This document shows positions 38,725 to 47,207 of a DNA stretch of 56,859 bases, piece by piece (positions within the stretch are counted from its first letter, which is position 1; every line of letters begins with the position of its first letter). The stretch spans positions 1-56,859 of the IMG/VR virus record IMGVR_UViG_3300045973_001145, one strand, 5' to 3'. This DNA is from a virus (lineage: Duplodnaviria; Caudoviricetes). The position numbers were made by a program, and so were the translations under genes. Under the pieces are notes generated by a model. It was not told where the DNA came from, did not search any database, and was given only the letters and a program-made list of their open reading frames with translations.

Positions 38725-39348
38725 TTATTTTTTTAATGTATTAGGTATAACTTTTTCTTGTTTCCAATGTTTTGAACTAGTTACATGGTTGGATCTTACA
38801 AATTTAGCTAGTGAAATATCAAAATCATCATAGCTAAAATTGTCAACTAATCTTATCACATAACCTTCTTGTTTTTCTGTATCAAATTTATAATTTCTTA
38901 AAAAGTTTTCATCAAATATACCTCGCCATATCACAGGAACTGTAGTTAATCCTAATAATTTACACCAATCTTCTGTATCATCCCAAGATAAACAAATATT
39001 GTTTTCATTCCATATTGAAAATACTTCAAAATAAGTTATTAAATTAGTGTACGGTATGCTATGTTTTGCATATAAGTTTTCACCACAAATTCTCCAATCT
39101 TCTGGAATATTATAATTAAATGTTGACCAGAAACCTTTAAGCCAATGCTGAGACGGATGATCAACACTATCTAATGATCTTGCGTATATACATTCTTTCA
39201 TTAAGGTCGAATTTTCACCATCCATTTTCTGAGACATTACAATTTCTTTACCAATAAAATGCTCAATAGATAATAATTTCTTATCATCTGACGAACATCC
39301 CTCACTAAATGGAAGATGAAATGAACGAGGATATTTAAATTTATTCAT
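38725..39348 (-). CDS. RNA ligase (Rnl2-like nucleotidyltransferase)
   Basis: KYPRSFHLP, QKMDGEN, GENLYAKHSI, EGYVIR, AKFVR; -7 box at 39371-39378. Confidence 0.85.
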   Translation of the reverse strand: MNKFKYPRSFHLPFSEGCSSDDKKLLSIEHFIGKEIVMSQKMDGENSTLMKECIYARSLDSVDHPSQHWLKGFWSTFNYNIPEDWRICGENLYAKHSIPYTNLITYFEVFSIWNENNICLSWDDTEDWCKLLGLTTVPVIWRGIFDENFLRNYKFDTEKQEGYVIRLVDNFSYDDFDISLAKFVRSNHVTSSKHWKQEKVIPNTLKK

Positions 39349-39471
39349 AGCATTATATTATTTGATGCTACAAAGATAATAATAAATACCGAAAAATTAG
39401 CAAAATATCATATTTTTCTGTTAATATAAAAAAGATTTATTGAATTTAGTAATCGATAAATTACCAAATAA

Positions 39472-40290
39472 TTAATAATTAAAAATTAGAATCTCTTGTG
39501 AATTTGTTATATTTTTTCTTCTTGCAACACCATCGTAATTAAAATCTAATATCTTATAGTTATATCCATCACTAATTAGATTGTCAATTATTTCTGATCT
39601 TTTTTTATCCATATGCTCACCTAATAATCCAGATATTGCAAATGAATGACCTTGACTATCTACTTTTTTAAGATACTCATAAAGTCTATTTTCTAAATTT
39701 TGTGACCAATATCTATTATATCCGGCTAATGTATTCGTATATGGTGGATCACAGTAGATCATAGATGGTTTTGTTGGTTTTATTTCATAAAAGTTTTTAC
39801 TTGCGTAGAAAATATTATCAGAATAATTTGAAATGTGCTCAATAAATATATTAACTTTTTTCTCAACACTATCATTCCAACCTCTCTTACCCCAAGTTTG
39901 GTTAAAAATTCCTTTTTGATTATATCTTAGCATATTATTAGTGCAAGATAGCATTAAAGCATAAAGTTCTTCTGGACTATTTTTTTTATTGAAAGATTCT
40001 CTTAGCTCAAGGTATAGCTGTTGATTTTCCTTAGTTTTTGCAAGGTTTTTGACACTTTCTATGAATTCGTGAGGATTACTACTTAGGTTTTTATGTATCT
40101 CTATAAGTTCATATAATACATCGTTTATAAGAATTTTTTTATATTTATCTAAGACATTTGTATAGACTGAGCCACCGCCACAAAATAAGTCAATGAAGTA
40201 ATCTTTTGAATAATCAAATAATGGAAGTAGTTGATCAAGTAGTTTGAATTTTGAACCAGAATAGTTCATTGGTGAATTAACGTAACTCAT
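39472..40290 (-). CDS. dam: Dam-like DNA adenine methyltransferase
   Basis: NYSGSK, DLFCGGGSV, YCDPPY, EILIFNY. Confidence 0.85.
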   Translation of the reverse strand: MSYVNSPMNYSGSKFKLLDQLLPLFDYSKDYFIDLFCGGGSVYTNVLDKYKKILINDVLYELIEIHKNLSSNPHEFIESVKNLAKTKENQQLYLELRESFNKKNSPEELYALMLSCTNNMLRYNQKGIFNQTWGKRGWNDSVEKKVNIFIEHISNYSDNIFYASKNFYEIKPTKPSMIYCDPPYTNTLAGYNRYWSQNLENRLYEYLKKVDSQGHSFAISGLLGEHMDKKRSEIIDNLISDGYNYKILDFNYDGVARRKNITNSQEILIFNY

Positions 40291-40597
40291 TTATTTTTTT
40301 TAATTTTTCTTTTCTTAGATTAATCTCACCTATATATTTACAGCCTTGTGAACTCATATGTTTTTCATAATCTTCTTCAAACCAACTCCAATCAAATCCG
40401 TCTCCTTCAAACCATGATGACGATTTACTTTTTGTGCAAGATATATAAACATATTTTGGCTTTGGATTGTCATTTAAATATTCCATAAAATCTGAGCCTT
40501 CTTCTAAAAGAATGTGTATGTAATCAGGTCTTACTTTTAAGTATTCCATACATAATTTAATATCTGAGTTATTCTTTATTTTCCAAAAATTTGACAT
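40277..40597 (-). CDS. Hypothetical protein with RKEKLKKIN tail
   Basis: ORF track. Confidence 0.65.
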   Translation of the reverse strand: MSNFWKIKNNSDIKLCMEYLKVRPDYIHILLEEGSDFMEYLNDNPKPKYVYISCTKSKSSSWFEGDGFDWSWFEEDYEKHMSSQGCKYIGEINLRKEKLKKINELR

Positions 40598-40796
40598 TAT
40601 TTAGTTTTTTCAATTTTTCTTTTCTAATTTCTTTGATAGTTGAAAATCTTTCTTTATAAAAACCATATCTACGATTATTATCATCTATTATACGATAGAA
40701 ATTACTTTCGTTAGTAAGTAGTGGTAATGTTTCATATATTTTACCAATTGTTAATCTAGTATTATTCTCACTATTATCAATGCATATTATTTTCAT
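40569..40796 (-). CDS. Small SH3-like protein with RKEKLKKLN tail
   Basis: IICIDN...LTIGKIYE...IIDD...RF. Confidence 0.6.
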   Translation of the reverse strand: MKIICIDNSENNTRLTIGKIYETLPLLTNESNFYRIIDDNNRRYGFYKERFSTIKEIRKEKLKKLNNVKFLENKE

Positions 40797-41664
40797 TTAG
40801 TTTTTTTAATTTTTCTTTCCTAATTTCTTTATTAGGATCATAATTAAGTTTTGCATTTAAAATAAAATCTGTGTCAAAATTATATAGTTTTATATTGTGA
40901 GATTTTATATAATCATCAATTTCAGTATTACCTTCTTCTGATAATCGGTGAGATATATTCCATGTAGATTCTATTGTTTCTTTTGATTCTTTAGCAATTA
41001 ATCTTCTTTTAGCTATTGATCTTATTCTTTGTTCATCTGATGGAATATTTTCTAAAATTTTGGTTATTAGTTCATCACCACGAAAAAGTCGATTTAATCC
41101 GTTCCAATAATGTGTTGGATCAAATAATAAAATTTTCATATTGAAACCTTGGATTTCATTAAATTTATTCCAATCTTTTTCACGTTGTTTCCATTGTTGT
41201 CTTGGTACATCTTTATCTGGATCACTACTATTTTGACAATACCAATCTTCTAAAAATTCTAATAGAATTTTTTTATGCTCTTGTACAAGAATATTTGGAT
41301 AAACTAAAATTTTTCGATTAGAAATAGCTTCTAAGGATATATTTAAATGTACAGTAAAGTCATTTCTTTGAGATGATTCAGCTAAAATTTTTGAAGCTTG
41401 AAAAATATACGATAATACAGTTATTTCGTCTGTTATTATTTCACTTATTTTTTTCTGTATTTCTGAATCTCCATGAGAATCGTAGCCAATATTTTTAACA
41501 CAATCCATTCCGCCATCAAAGTGATCAACAAAAAGTTCTGCATATTTTTTTGCTAATTCATTTTTTGATGCCTCTTTGAATCTATCTAATCTTTTTACAA
41601 TTTCATCTTGAATGTATTTGATGCTTTTTCTAGACATCATTCCATCATATGCTGCTAAACTCAT
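40777..41664 (-). CDS. Hypothetical protein with RKEKLKKLN tail
   Basis: ORF track. Confidence 0.75.
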   Translation of the reverse strand: MSLAAYDGMMSRKSIKYIQDEIVKRLDRFKEASKNELAKKYAELFVDHFDGGMDCVKNIGYDSHGDSEIQKKISEIITDEITVLSYIFQASKILAESSQRNDFTVHLNISLEAISNRKILVYPNILVQEHKKILLEFLEDWYCQNSSDPDKDVPRQQWKQREKDWNKFNEIQGFNMKILLFDPTHYWNGLNRLFRGDELITKILENIPSDEQRIRSIAKRRLIAKESKETIESTWNISHRLSEEGNTEIDDYIKSHNIKLYNFDTDFILNAKLNYDPNKEIRKEKLKKLNENNMH

Positions 41665-42191
41665 AATTCAAATAATTTATCTAAAAAAATCCACATATCA
41701 TCATATTCAGAACTATATAGCATACTCTTAAAATGTTTGTGTTCTTTTTTGTACATTTTTAATGCATCACTGTTGTTTTCAACAGAATATAAAACATTTG
41801 CAATTCTATCACAAAGTTTAACAAATGTTGCATACTTTGTGTTTTTAATACCTTCATAGTATTTATCGTTTGCCTTTTCTGCACGCGTTCTACCTTTTTC
41901 ATTAGTACAGGCATACGCTAATTCCGCTACTCTTTCATTAGTAGTTTTTTTAATACTAGTATAAGAACATTCAGTATCTTCAAGTGTATCGTGATGTAAA
42001 ACACCTGCAATAACATCATTTACATCTTCTTCTGGTATAAGATATGCAAATTTATGTGCTGTTGTTTGTGCCATTATTAAATGAACGTTATACGACTGAC
42101 CATCATAAAGATGATTAACATCTTTATGAGCTTTAAATGCCTGTTCTCTAGCTATATCAATTATATTTTTAGTTACCATATTTTTTATCAA
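41661..42191 (-). CDS. HD-domain (p)ppGpp hydrolase-like protein (SpoT/Mesh1 type)
   Basis: AH...Y..H, LHHDTLEDT, VKLCDRIAN. Confidence 0.8.
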   Translation of the reverse strand: MIKNMVTKNIIDIAREQAFKAHKDVNHLYDGQSYNVHLIMAQTTAHKFAYLIPEEDVNDVIAGVLHHDTLEDTECSYTSIKKTTNERVAELAYACTNEKGRTRAEKANDKYYEGIKNTKYATFVKLCDRIANVLYSVENNSDALKMYKKEHKHFKSMLYSSEYDDMWIFLDKLFEL

Positions 42192-42468
42192 TCATTTTTA
42201 ATACCCATAAAGCTAATAATGAGAAAGTTGGTGCAAGGTATGCATTTCCTTCCCAAGCATCAACACCTTTTAACCAATCTTCTTTTGTGAAAGTTGAAGC
42301 GTCAAAAGCTTTAACAAGATTTGTGTGACTTATAACTGTTCCGTATGCGCCAAGGCTAGCTGTGGTTTCTTCTTCTCTGAAACCATTTAAGAAAACCATA
42401 TTTTCAGTCAAGTAATCTTCAATTTCCCAAGATGTTATACCTGGATTTGCTTTTGTTAATGCTGTCAT
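42169..42468 (-). CDS. Hypothetical protein
   Basis: -7 box TACATTTG at 42491-42498 upstream. Confidence 0.6.
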   Translation of the reverse strand: MTALTKANPGITSWEIEDYLTENMVFLNGFREEETTASLGAYGTVISHTNLVKAFDASTFTKEDWLKGVDAWEGNAYLAPTFSLLALWVLKMIDKKYGN

Positions 42469-42498
42469 TTTATAAGTTTTAAATAATATGCAAATGTA

Positions 42499-42702
42499 CT
42501 AATTATTTTTGGATATTTCATTCAATTTCTTTAATCTTTTATTTCTTATGAATGAAGTTATTTCATTTTCATTTAATACTTTAACATCTGACCAACAATT
42601 TTCACACATGAAGATATTTTCTAATTCATAACAACTTTTATATAATTTGTTACATTCTTCACAATAATAAATACATTTTTCTGAAGTTTTAAATGATGAC
42701 AT
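42499..42702 (-). CDS. Zn-ribbon protein with basic tail
   Basis: CEEC..CENC; IRNKRLKKLN. Confidence 0.6.
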   Translation of the reverse strand: MSSFKTSEKCIYYCEECNKLYKSCYELENIFMCENCWSDVKVLNENEITSFIRNKRLKKLNEISKNN

Positions 42703-42901
42703 TTTTAAGATGTTCTAATTTTTTTTTTCTTTCTTTCTTTAAAAAAGCACTATTCAATAATCTTGCAACTTTTGGGCTTACAATTAAAAATTCTTTATCT
42801 GAATCTTGTTTTCTACCTCGTAATGCTGAATTATCGTCTTGATATTCATCTACATATACTGTAATATTGTTTTCACTATAAACAAATTCAACGCCCATCA
42901 T
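42689..42901 (-). CDS. Hypothetical protein with RKxKL tail
   Basis: ERKKKLEHLK. Confidence 0.55.
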   Translation of the reverse strand: MMGVEFVYSENNITVYVDEYQDDNSALRGRKQDSDKEFLIVSPKVARLLNSAFLKKERKKKLEHLKNVII

Positions 42902-42932
42902 ATTTTTTAATTTTATCTTCTATTGACATATT

Positions 42933-43271
42933 TTAATTTAATTCCCAGCAAAGTTTAGTTAAAAATCTTTCGCATTCAGTATATTTTTTAATATCTTCAT
43001 CAACTAATTTTAAAAATTCATTTAATATTAATTGATCCGTATGATTTAATTTTGCAATATGAACTATATAATTATAATCATCTCTTAATTGACCTTTTAG
43101 TGGCATAATTCTACCAACACAAGTATTCCAATTTATATTTCTACCATCAAATGTGACATAATAATAATCCATATCATCTTCACCAATAGCTATTTTAAAC
43201 ATATCTGAAATGATGTGTTGACCTTTTAATGTTTCAAATTCTTTTAAAATTTTTATTAAGTTATTTTCCAT
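42933..43271 (-). CDS. Hypothetical protein
   Basis: ORF track. Confidence 0.6.
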   Translation of the reverse strand: MENNLIKILKEFETLKGQHIISDMFKIAIGEDDMDYYYVTFDGRNINWNTCVGRIMPLKGQLRDDYNYIVHIAKLNHTDQLILNEFLKLVDEDIKKYTECERFLTKLCWELN

Positions 43272-43283
43272 ATTTTATTTATT

Positions 43284-44009
43284 TTAAGGTAAAAAAAGCC
43301 AATCTGAATTTTTTATTTGAGTTAATGAATAACCAATATCAATTAGCATTTTGAAAGTATTTTTAGTATATTCATAATTTACTTCGCCATAATGATTAGA
43401 CCAACATTCTACAGTAATTACTGGGTGACATTTTTTGATTGTGTTTAATGCTCCATTTATTACTTTCGACTCATATCCTTCAACATCTAATTTTATAAAA
43501 TCCAATTTATCTAAATTTAATGAATCTATTGTAATTAATTTAACTTCAACTTCATCATCATCTGTTTCAATCCATTTTGGCTTACCCATAGGATTATCTA
43601 ATAAACCAGAACCACCAATGTTTCCGAATGGTATCCATTCAAATTTAGTTTTTGATATTTTATCAGATAACCCACAAATAGAAACAATGACATTATCGCA
43701 ATTATTTATTAATAAATTTTTTTTAAGTAATTTATTAGATTCTGGTAATGGTTCAAAGCAATATAATTTTTTTGATAGTTTTGATAATTTGACACTATGA
43801 CTGCCAATATGACAGCCTCCTTCAATTACAACAGATTCTTTATTTATATACTTTTCAAATATTTTATGAAGATGCGGTTCATATATTTCACCCGATTTTA
43901 ATACATTAGAAAGAGAACAATTTGAAAAAACACTAAAATAGACAGTATAATTATTGTGATAATTTTTAATTTCAAATAATTGTTTCTCTGTATTATATTT
44001 TTCGTTCAT
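43284..44009 (-). CDS. FkbM-family methyltransferase
   Basis: IEGGCHIGSH, CFEP, FIKLDVEGYE. Confidence 0.88.
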   Translation of the reverse strand: MNEKYNTEKQLFEIKNYHNNYTVYFSVFSNCSLSNVLKSGEIYEPHLHKIFEKYINKESVVIEGGCHIGSHSVKLSKLSKKLYCFEPLPESNKLLKKNLLINNCDNVIVSICGLSDKISKTKFEWIPFGNIGGSGLLDNPMGKPKWIETDDDEVEVKLITIDSLNLDKLDFIKLDVEGYESKVINGALNTIKKCHPVITVECWSNHYGEVNYEYTKNTFKMLIDIGYSLTQIKNSDWLFLP

Positions 44010-44425
44010 TACAATAGCTCTAAATGCTTTGTTATTTCATCAATTTCATTTGAGAATGCTGGACCAATAGCAATACAAGTTTTAGTTGGTATACCTTTGA
44101 ATTCTGTTAGTCCTGCATCAATTATCATAGTGCAAGGTAAATTTTTATTTTTTGCTTGCTGATATAGTTTATCTAATTCTTCTTCATCTTTACAGCTAAC
44201 TACAATCTTTGTAAATAGACCATTTAACCATAAATCCCATGCTGTATCTTTTTTATAATAGAAAGAATATACATCTAATACACCTTCTTTATCGTCATAA
44301 ATTGATCCTTTTTTACAACGGTCTAAAAATAATTTTAAACTCGAATGGGCTGCTTGTGCCATCATTTTACCTTTTCGAACTTTAAGATCCTTTCTCCAAA
44401 CTATAATTTGTTTTACTTGTTCCAT
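44009..44425 (-). CDS. pth2: Peptidyl-tRNA hydrolase Pth2
   Basis: KQIIVWRKDL..RKGKMMAQAAH, KIVV, IIDAGLTEF, TCIAIGP. Confidence 0.92.
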   Translation of the reverse strand: MEQVKQIIVWRKDLKVRKGKMMAQAAHSSLKLFLDRCKKGSIYDDKEGVLDVYSFYYKKDTAWDLWLNGLFTKIVVSCKDEEELDKLYQQAKNKNLPCTMIIDAGLTEFKGIPTKTCIAIGPAFSNEIDEITKHLELL

Positions 44426-44657
44426 TTAATACTTTTAATTTTTGTTTTCTATGATAATTATTTATTTGTTTTTCTACTTGTTCTGTTGTATAAAGGTCAC
44501 TTTGAAAAATAGAAGGATATTTATGAATATTTGATGTATTTTTATTAATACAAAATCTAGGTCCATCTGATGTCATATATCCTGTAATATCCCAGTTTTT
44601 AGGTATTCTATAATTCAGATTAAAATGTAATGTGCTAAATATTCCAAATATTTCCAT
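44382..44657 (-). CDS. Hypothetical protein with RKxKL tail
   Basis: HRKQKLKVLN. Confidence 0.6.
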   Translation of the reverse strand: MEIFGIFSTLHFNLNYRIPKNWDITGYMTSDGPRFCINKNTSNIHKYPSIFQSDLYTTEQVEKQINNYHRKQKLKVLNGTSKTNYSLEKGS

Positions 44658-44899
44658 TATTTTATAAGCTGTTTAGCACGTTCAAAAATTGATGAATCAT
44701 CTAATAAAACAATTCCACCGTTTGGTCCTGGTTCAATGTGCATACCAATTGATGAACCTTTTGTATAATTTGCACCACCGAAATAATTTCTAATGGTTTC
44801 TTCTGATAGACCAAATTCCTTTGAGAGTTGTTTAATAGATCCGTTAGGTAATTTGTCTTTAATTTCCCGCAATTCATTAAATGTTATTTTTACTTCCAT
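44657..44899 (-). CDS. Bacteroidales-type small HTH DNA-binding protein
   Basis: ITFNELREIKDKLP.GS...ETIRNYFGG...HIEPGP.GGIV.LDD. Confidence 0.75.
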   Translation of the reverse strand: MEVKITFNELREIKDKLPNGSIKQLSKEFGLSEETIRNYFGGANYTKGSSIGMHIEPGPNGGIVLLDDSSIFERAKQLIK

Positions 44900-44914
44900 G
44901 TTTTTTATTTTATT

Positions 44915-46186
44915 TTATTTTACTTCAAATACTTTTTTAATTACATCAACATAATCTAATTTTTCCCAGCCAAAAAATTCGACTGTTTTGAATATTTTTG
45001 TTACACCTAAATGTGTAGTTGAATATGTTTTACTATCTTCATAATATACTTCAACATCTTTTTTATAACTATCTCTACCAAAATGACCATATGATGCAGT
45101 AGGTGTGAAAATAGGATTTTTTAGACCAAATCTTTCAATAATTGAATATGGTCTCATATCAAATAAAACTTTTAATTTTTCAGCAATAATATCATCTGGA
45201 AATTTTCCAGTTCCAAATGTATTAACATAAAAACCAACTGGCTTTGCTACACCAATAGCGTAAGCAACTTGAATTAAAACTTCATCAGCAACTCCTGCTG
45301 CTACTAAATTTTTAGCAATATGTCTAGTGGCATATGCTGCTGATCTATCGACTTTTGAACTATCTTTTCCTGAAAAAGCTCCACCACCATGAGCGCCTTT
45401 ACCTCCATATGTATCAACAATTATTTTACGACCAGTTAAGCCTGTATCACCGTGAGGACCACCTATTACAAATTTTCCAGTTGGATTGACTAATAACTTA
45501 AAATTATATTTGAATAAGTTTAAAATATCTGGTTCTAATAATTTTTTAACTCTTGGTAAAAGAATATCAACAATATCAATACCAATATCTTCAACATCAA
45601 TATTTTCATCGTGTTGAGTAGAAATTACAATAGTATCTATTTTTAATGGTATATTATTTTCGTCATATTCAATTGTGACTTGTGATTTACTATCAGGTCT
45701 TAAATATGTCATTTGCATTCCTTCTTTTCTAATATTAGAAAGTTCTTGTAATAATAAATGTGACAAATAGATAGTTAACGGCATATAACTTTTAGTTTCT
45801 TTACTTGCGTAGCCAAACATCATACCTTGATCCCCAGCACCTTGAAGTTCTGGATTTCCTCTATCAACGCCTTGATATATATCATTGGATTGCTCATGTA
45901 TTGTAGATATTACGCCACAAGATTCGCTTTCAAATTTATATTCTGCTTTTGTATAACCTATATTTGAAATAGTTTCACGAACAACTTTTTGTACGTCTAT
46001 ATAACCTTGCGTTCTAACTTCTCCAGCACATACAACTAATCCTGTTGTAACTAATGTTTCACAAGCAACTTTGGAGTTTGGATCATTTTTTAGAAATTCA
46101 TCTAGTAAAGCATCTGATATTTGATCTGCAACTTTATCTGGATGCCCTTCAGATACGCTTTCTGATGTAAATAAGTATTTAGTCAT
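44915..46186 (-). CDS. metK: S-adenosylmethionine synthetase
   Basis: [28 protein letters not shown]. Confidence 0.97.
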   Translation of the reverse strand: MTKYLFTSESVSEGHPDKVADQISDALLDEFLKNDPNSKVACETLVTTGLVVCAGEVRTQGYIDVQKVVRETISNIGYTKAEYKFESESCGVISTIHEQSNDIYQGVDRGNPELQGAGDQGMMFGYASKETKSYMPLTIYLSHLLLQELSNIRKEGMQMTYLRPDSKSQVTIEYDENNIPLKIDTIVISTQHDENIDVEDIGIDIVDILLPRVKKLLEPDILNLFKYNFKLLVNPTGKFVIGGPHGDTGLTGRKIIVDTYGGKGAHGGGAFSGKDSSKVDRSAAYATRHIAKNLVAAGVADEVLIQVAYAIGVAKPVGFYVNTFGTGKFPDDIIAEKLKVLFDMRPYSIIERFGLKNPIFTPTASYGHFGRDSYKKDVEVYYEDSKTYSTTHLGVTKIFKTVEFFGWEKLDYVDVIKKVFEVK

Positions 46187-46202
46187 TAAATATGTTTTAT
46201 TT

Positions 46203-46230
46203 TTATATCATTTTTTATGAAGAATGTTTA
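46203..46230 (-). promoter_or_regulatory. Putative middle promoter TAAAC-N17-ATATAA
   Basis: Exact motif upstream of metK. Confidence 0.6.
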
Positions 46231-47127
46231 ATTTATATCTATTGTATTGTGTATAATACTGCTAATTAATTCTGTTATATCTTGTGACTGCTCATTAAAT
46301 TTAATTATTACATTTGATATATTATTTTTATCACCTAAATCAATGAAATCACCATTATAAACAAAATTAATATAATTGTTAATATTAATTTCCAAATTGT
46401 CTGCATTATCATAAAAAAATAATCTCACATTTTGTTCTAGTGTATTTTTAATTATAAAAAATTTTAATCCATCAATTTTAGAATAGTTATGTAAGTCTGA
46501 ATGACCATGAAAAAGTACTTTATCATCAACAAAGTGATCTTCTATTGTATAATCAAAGAAATTCATTTTTAATAGGCCATCTAACCATTGCTCAGCTATA
46601 CCGCCAATATTTAAGTATTGATTTAAAGTTAATTGATTTAAAAATTTAATTAAATGTTCTCTATCAAAAATCATTAATTGTAAACTAACATTATGCTCAT
46701 GAAAATGATAAAAGTTACATTTTTTATCTGAATTAAATCCATCTATAACAATATCATCAATAATTAGATCATAAATAATATGATAAAATTGATCATAATC
46801 ATATGTTAATGCAAATTCACTTAATTTTTTTATTTGATATATGTTTGCCCAACCATAATCAGAAAAACATCTATTTTTTGTGATAGTTTTTCCATTTATT
46901 ATTGATGAATTCCATACATAGACTGCTTTCTCAGGCCATTCTAAAATCGGATTATCTTTTGTTAAAAAGAAGTAATCACATTTATTTATTAAATCTAATG
47001 GTAGTGATAATGGACTATTTAGCATCACATCAAGTCCTAAACTTTTTATTGTATCTATATTGCTTTTTAAAATTTCAATTTTTTCATCTGTATCACAATA
47101 AGAACTTATTAATACTATTTTTTTCAT
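46228..47127 (-). CDS. Hypothetical, possibly GT-A-like glycosyltransferase
   Basis: IVLISSYC N-terminus, HIIYD motif; neighbouring GTs. Confidence 0.45.
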   Translation of the reverse strand: MKKIVLISSYCDTDEKIEILKSNIDTIKSLGLDVMLNSPLSLPLDLINKCDYFFLTKDNPILEWPEKAVYVWNSSIINGKTITKNRCFSDYGWANIYQIKKLSEFALTYDYDQFYHIIYDLIIDDIVIDGFNSDKKCNFYHFHEHNVSLQLMIFDREHLIKFLNQLTLNQYLNIGGIAEQWLDGLLKMNFFDYTIEDHFVDDKVLFHGHSDLHNYSKIDGLKFFIIKNTLEQNVRLFFYDNADNLEININNYINFVYNGDFIDLGDKNNISNVIIKFNEQSQDITELISSIIHNTIDIN

Positions 47128-47132
47128 AATGT

Positions 47133-47160
47133 TTATATAATCTTAAATATAAAATGTTTA
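47133..47160 (-). promoter_or_regulatory. Putative middle promoter TAAAC-N17-ATATAA
   Basis: Exact motif. Confidence 0.6.
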
Positions 47161-47164
47161 AAAT

Positions 47165-47200
47165 AAAAAAAAGGATGCAAAAAAAATTGCATCCTTTTTT
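47165..47200 (-). terminator. Intrinsic terminator after the TonB-dependent receptor
   Basis: AAAAGGATGCAA...TTGCATCCTTTTTT. Confidence 0.85.
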
Positions 47201-47207
47201 GAAATGT

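Noticed and set aside
29966-40290. Restriction-modification systems
   Set aside because: No cognate restriction enzyme adjacent; HNH 37577 is not linked to an MTase
42901-42929. Possible +1 frameshift extending 42689 ORF to MSIEDKIKNMMGV
   Set aside because: The ORF has its own ATG; the extension cannot be supported without homologs
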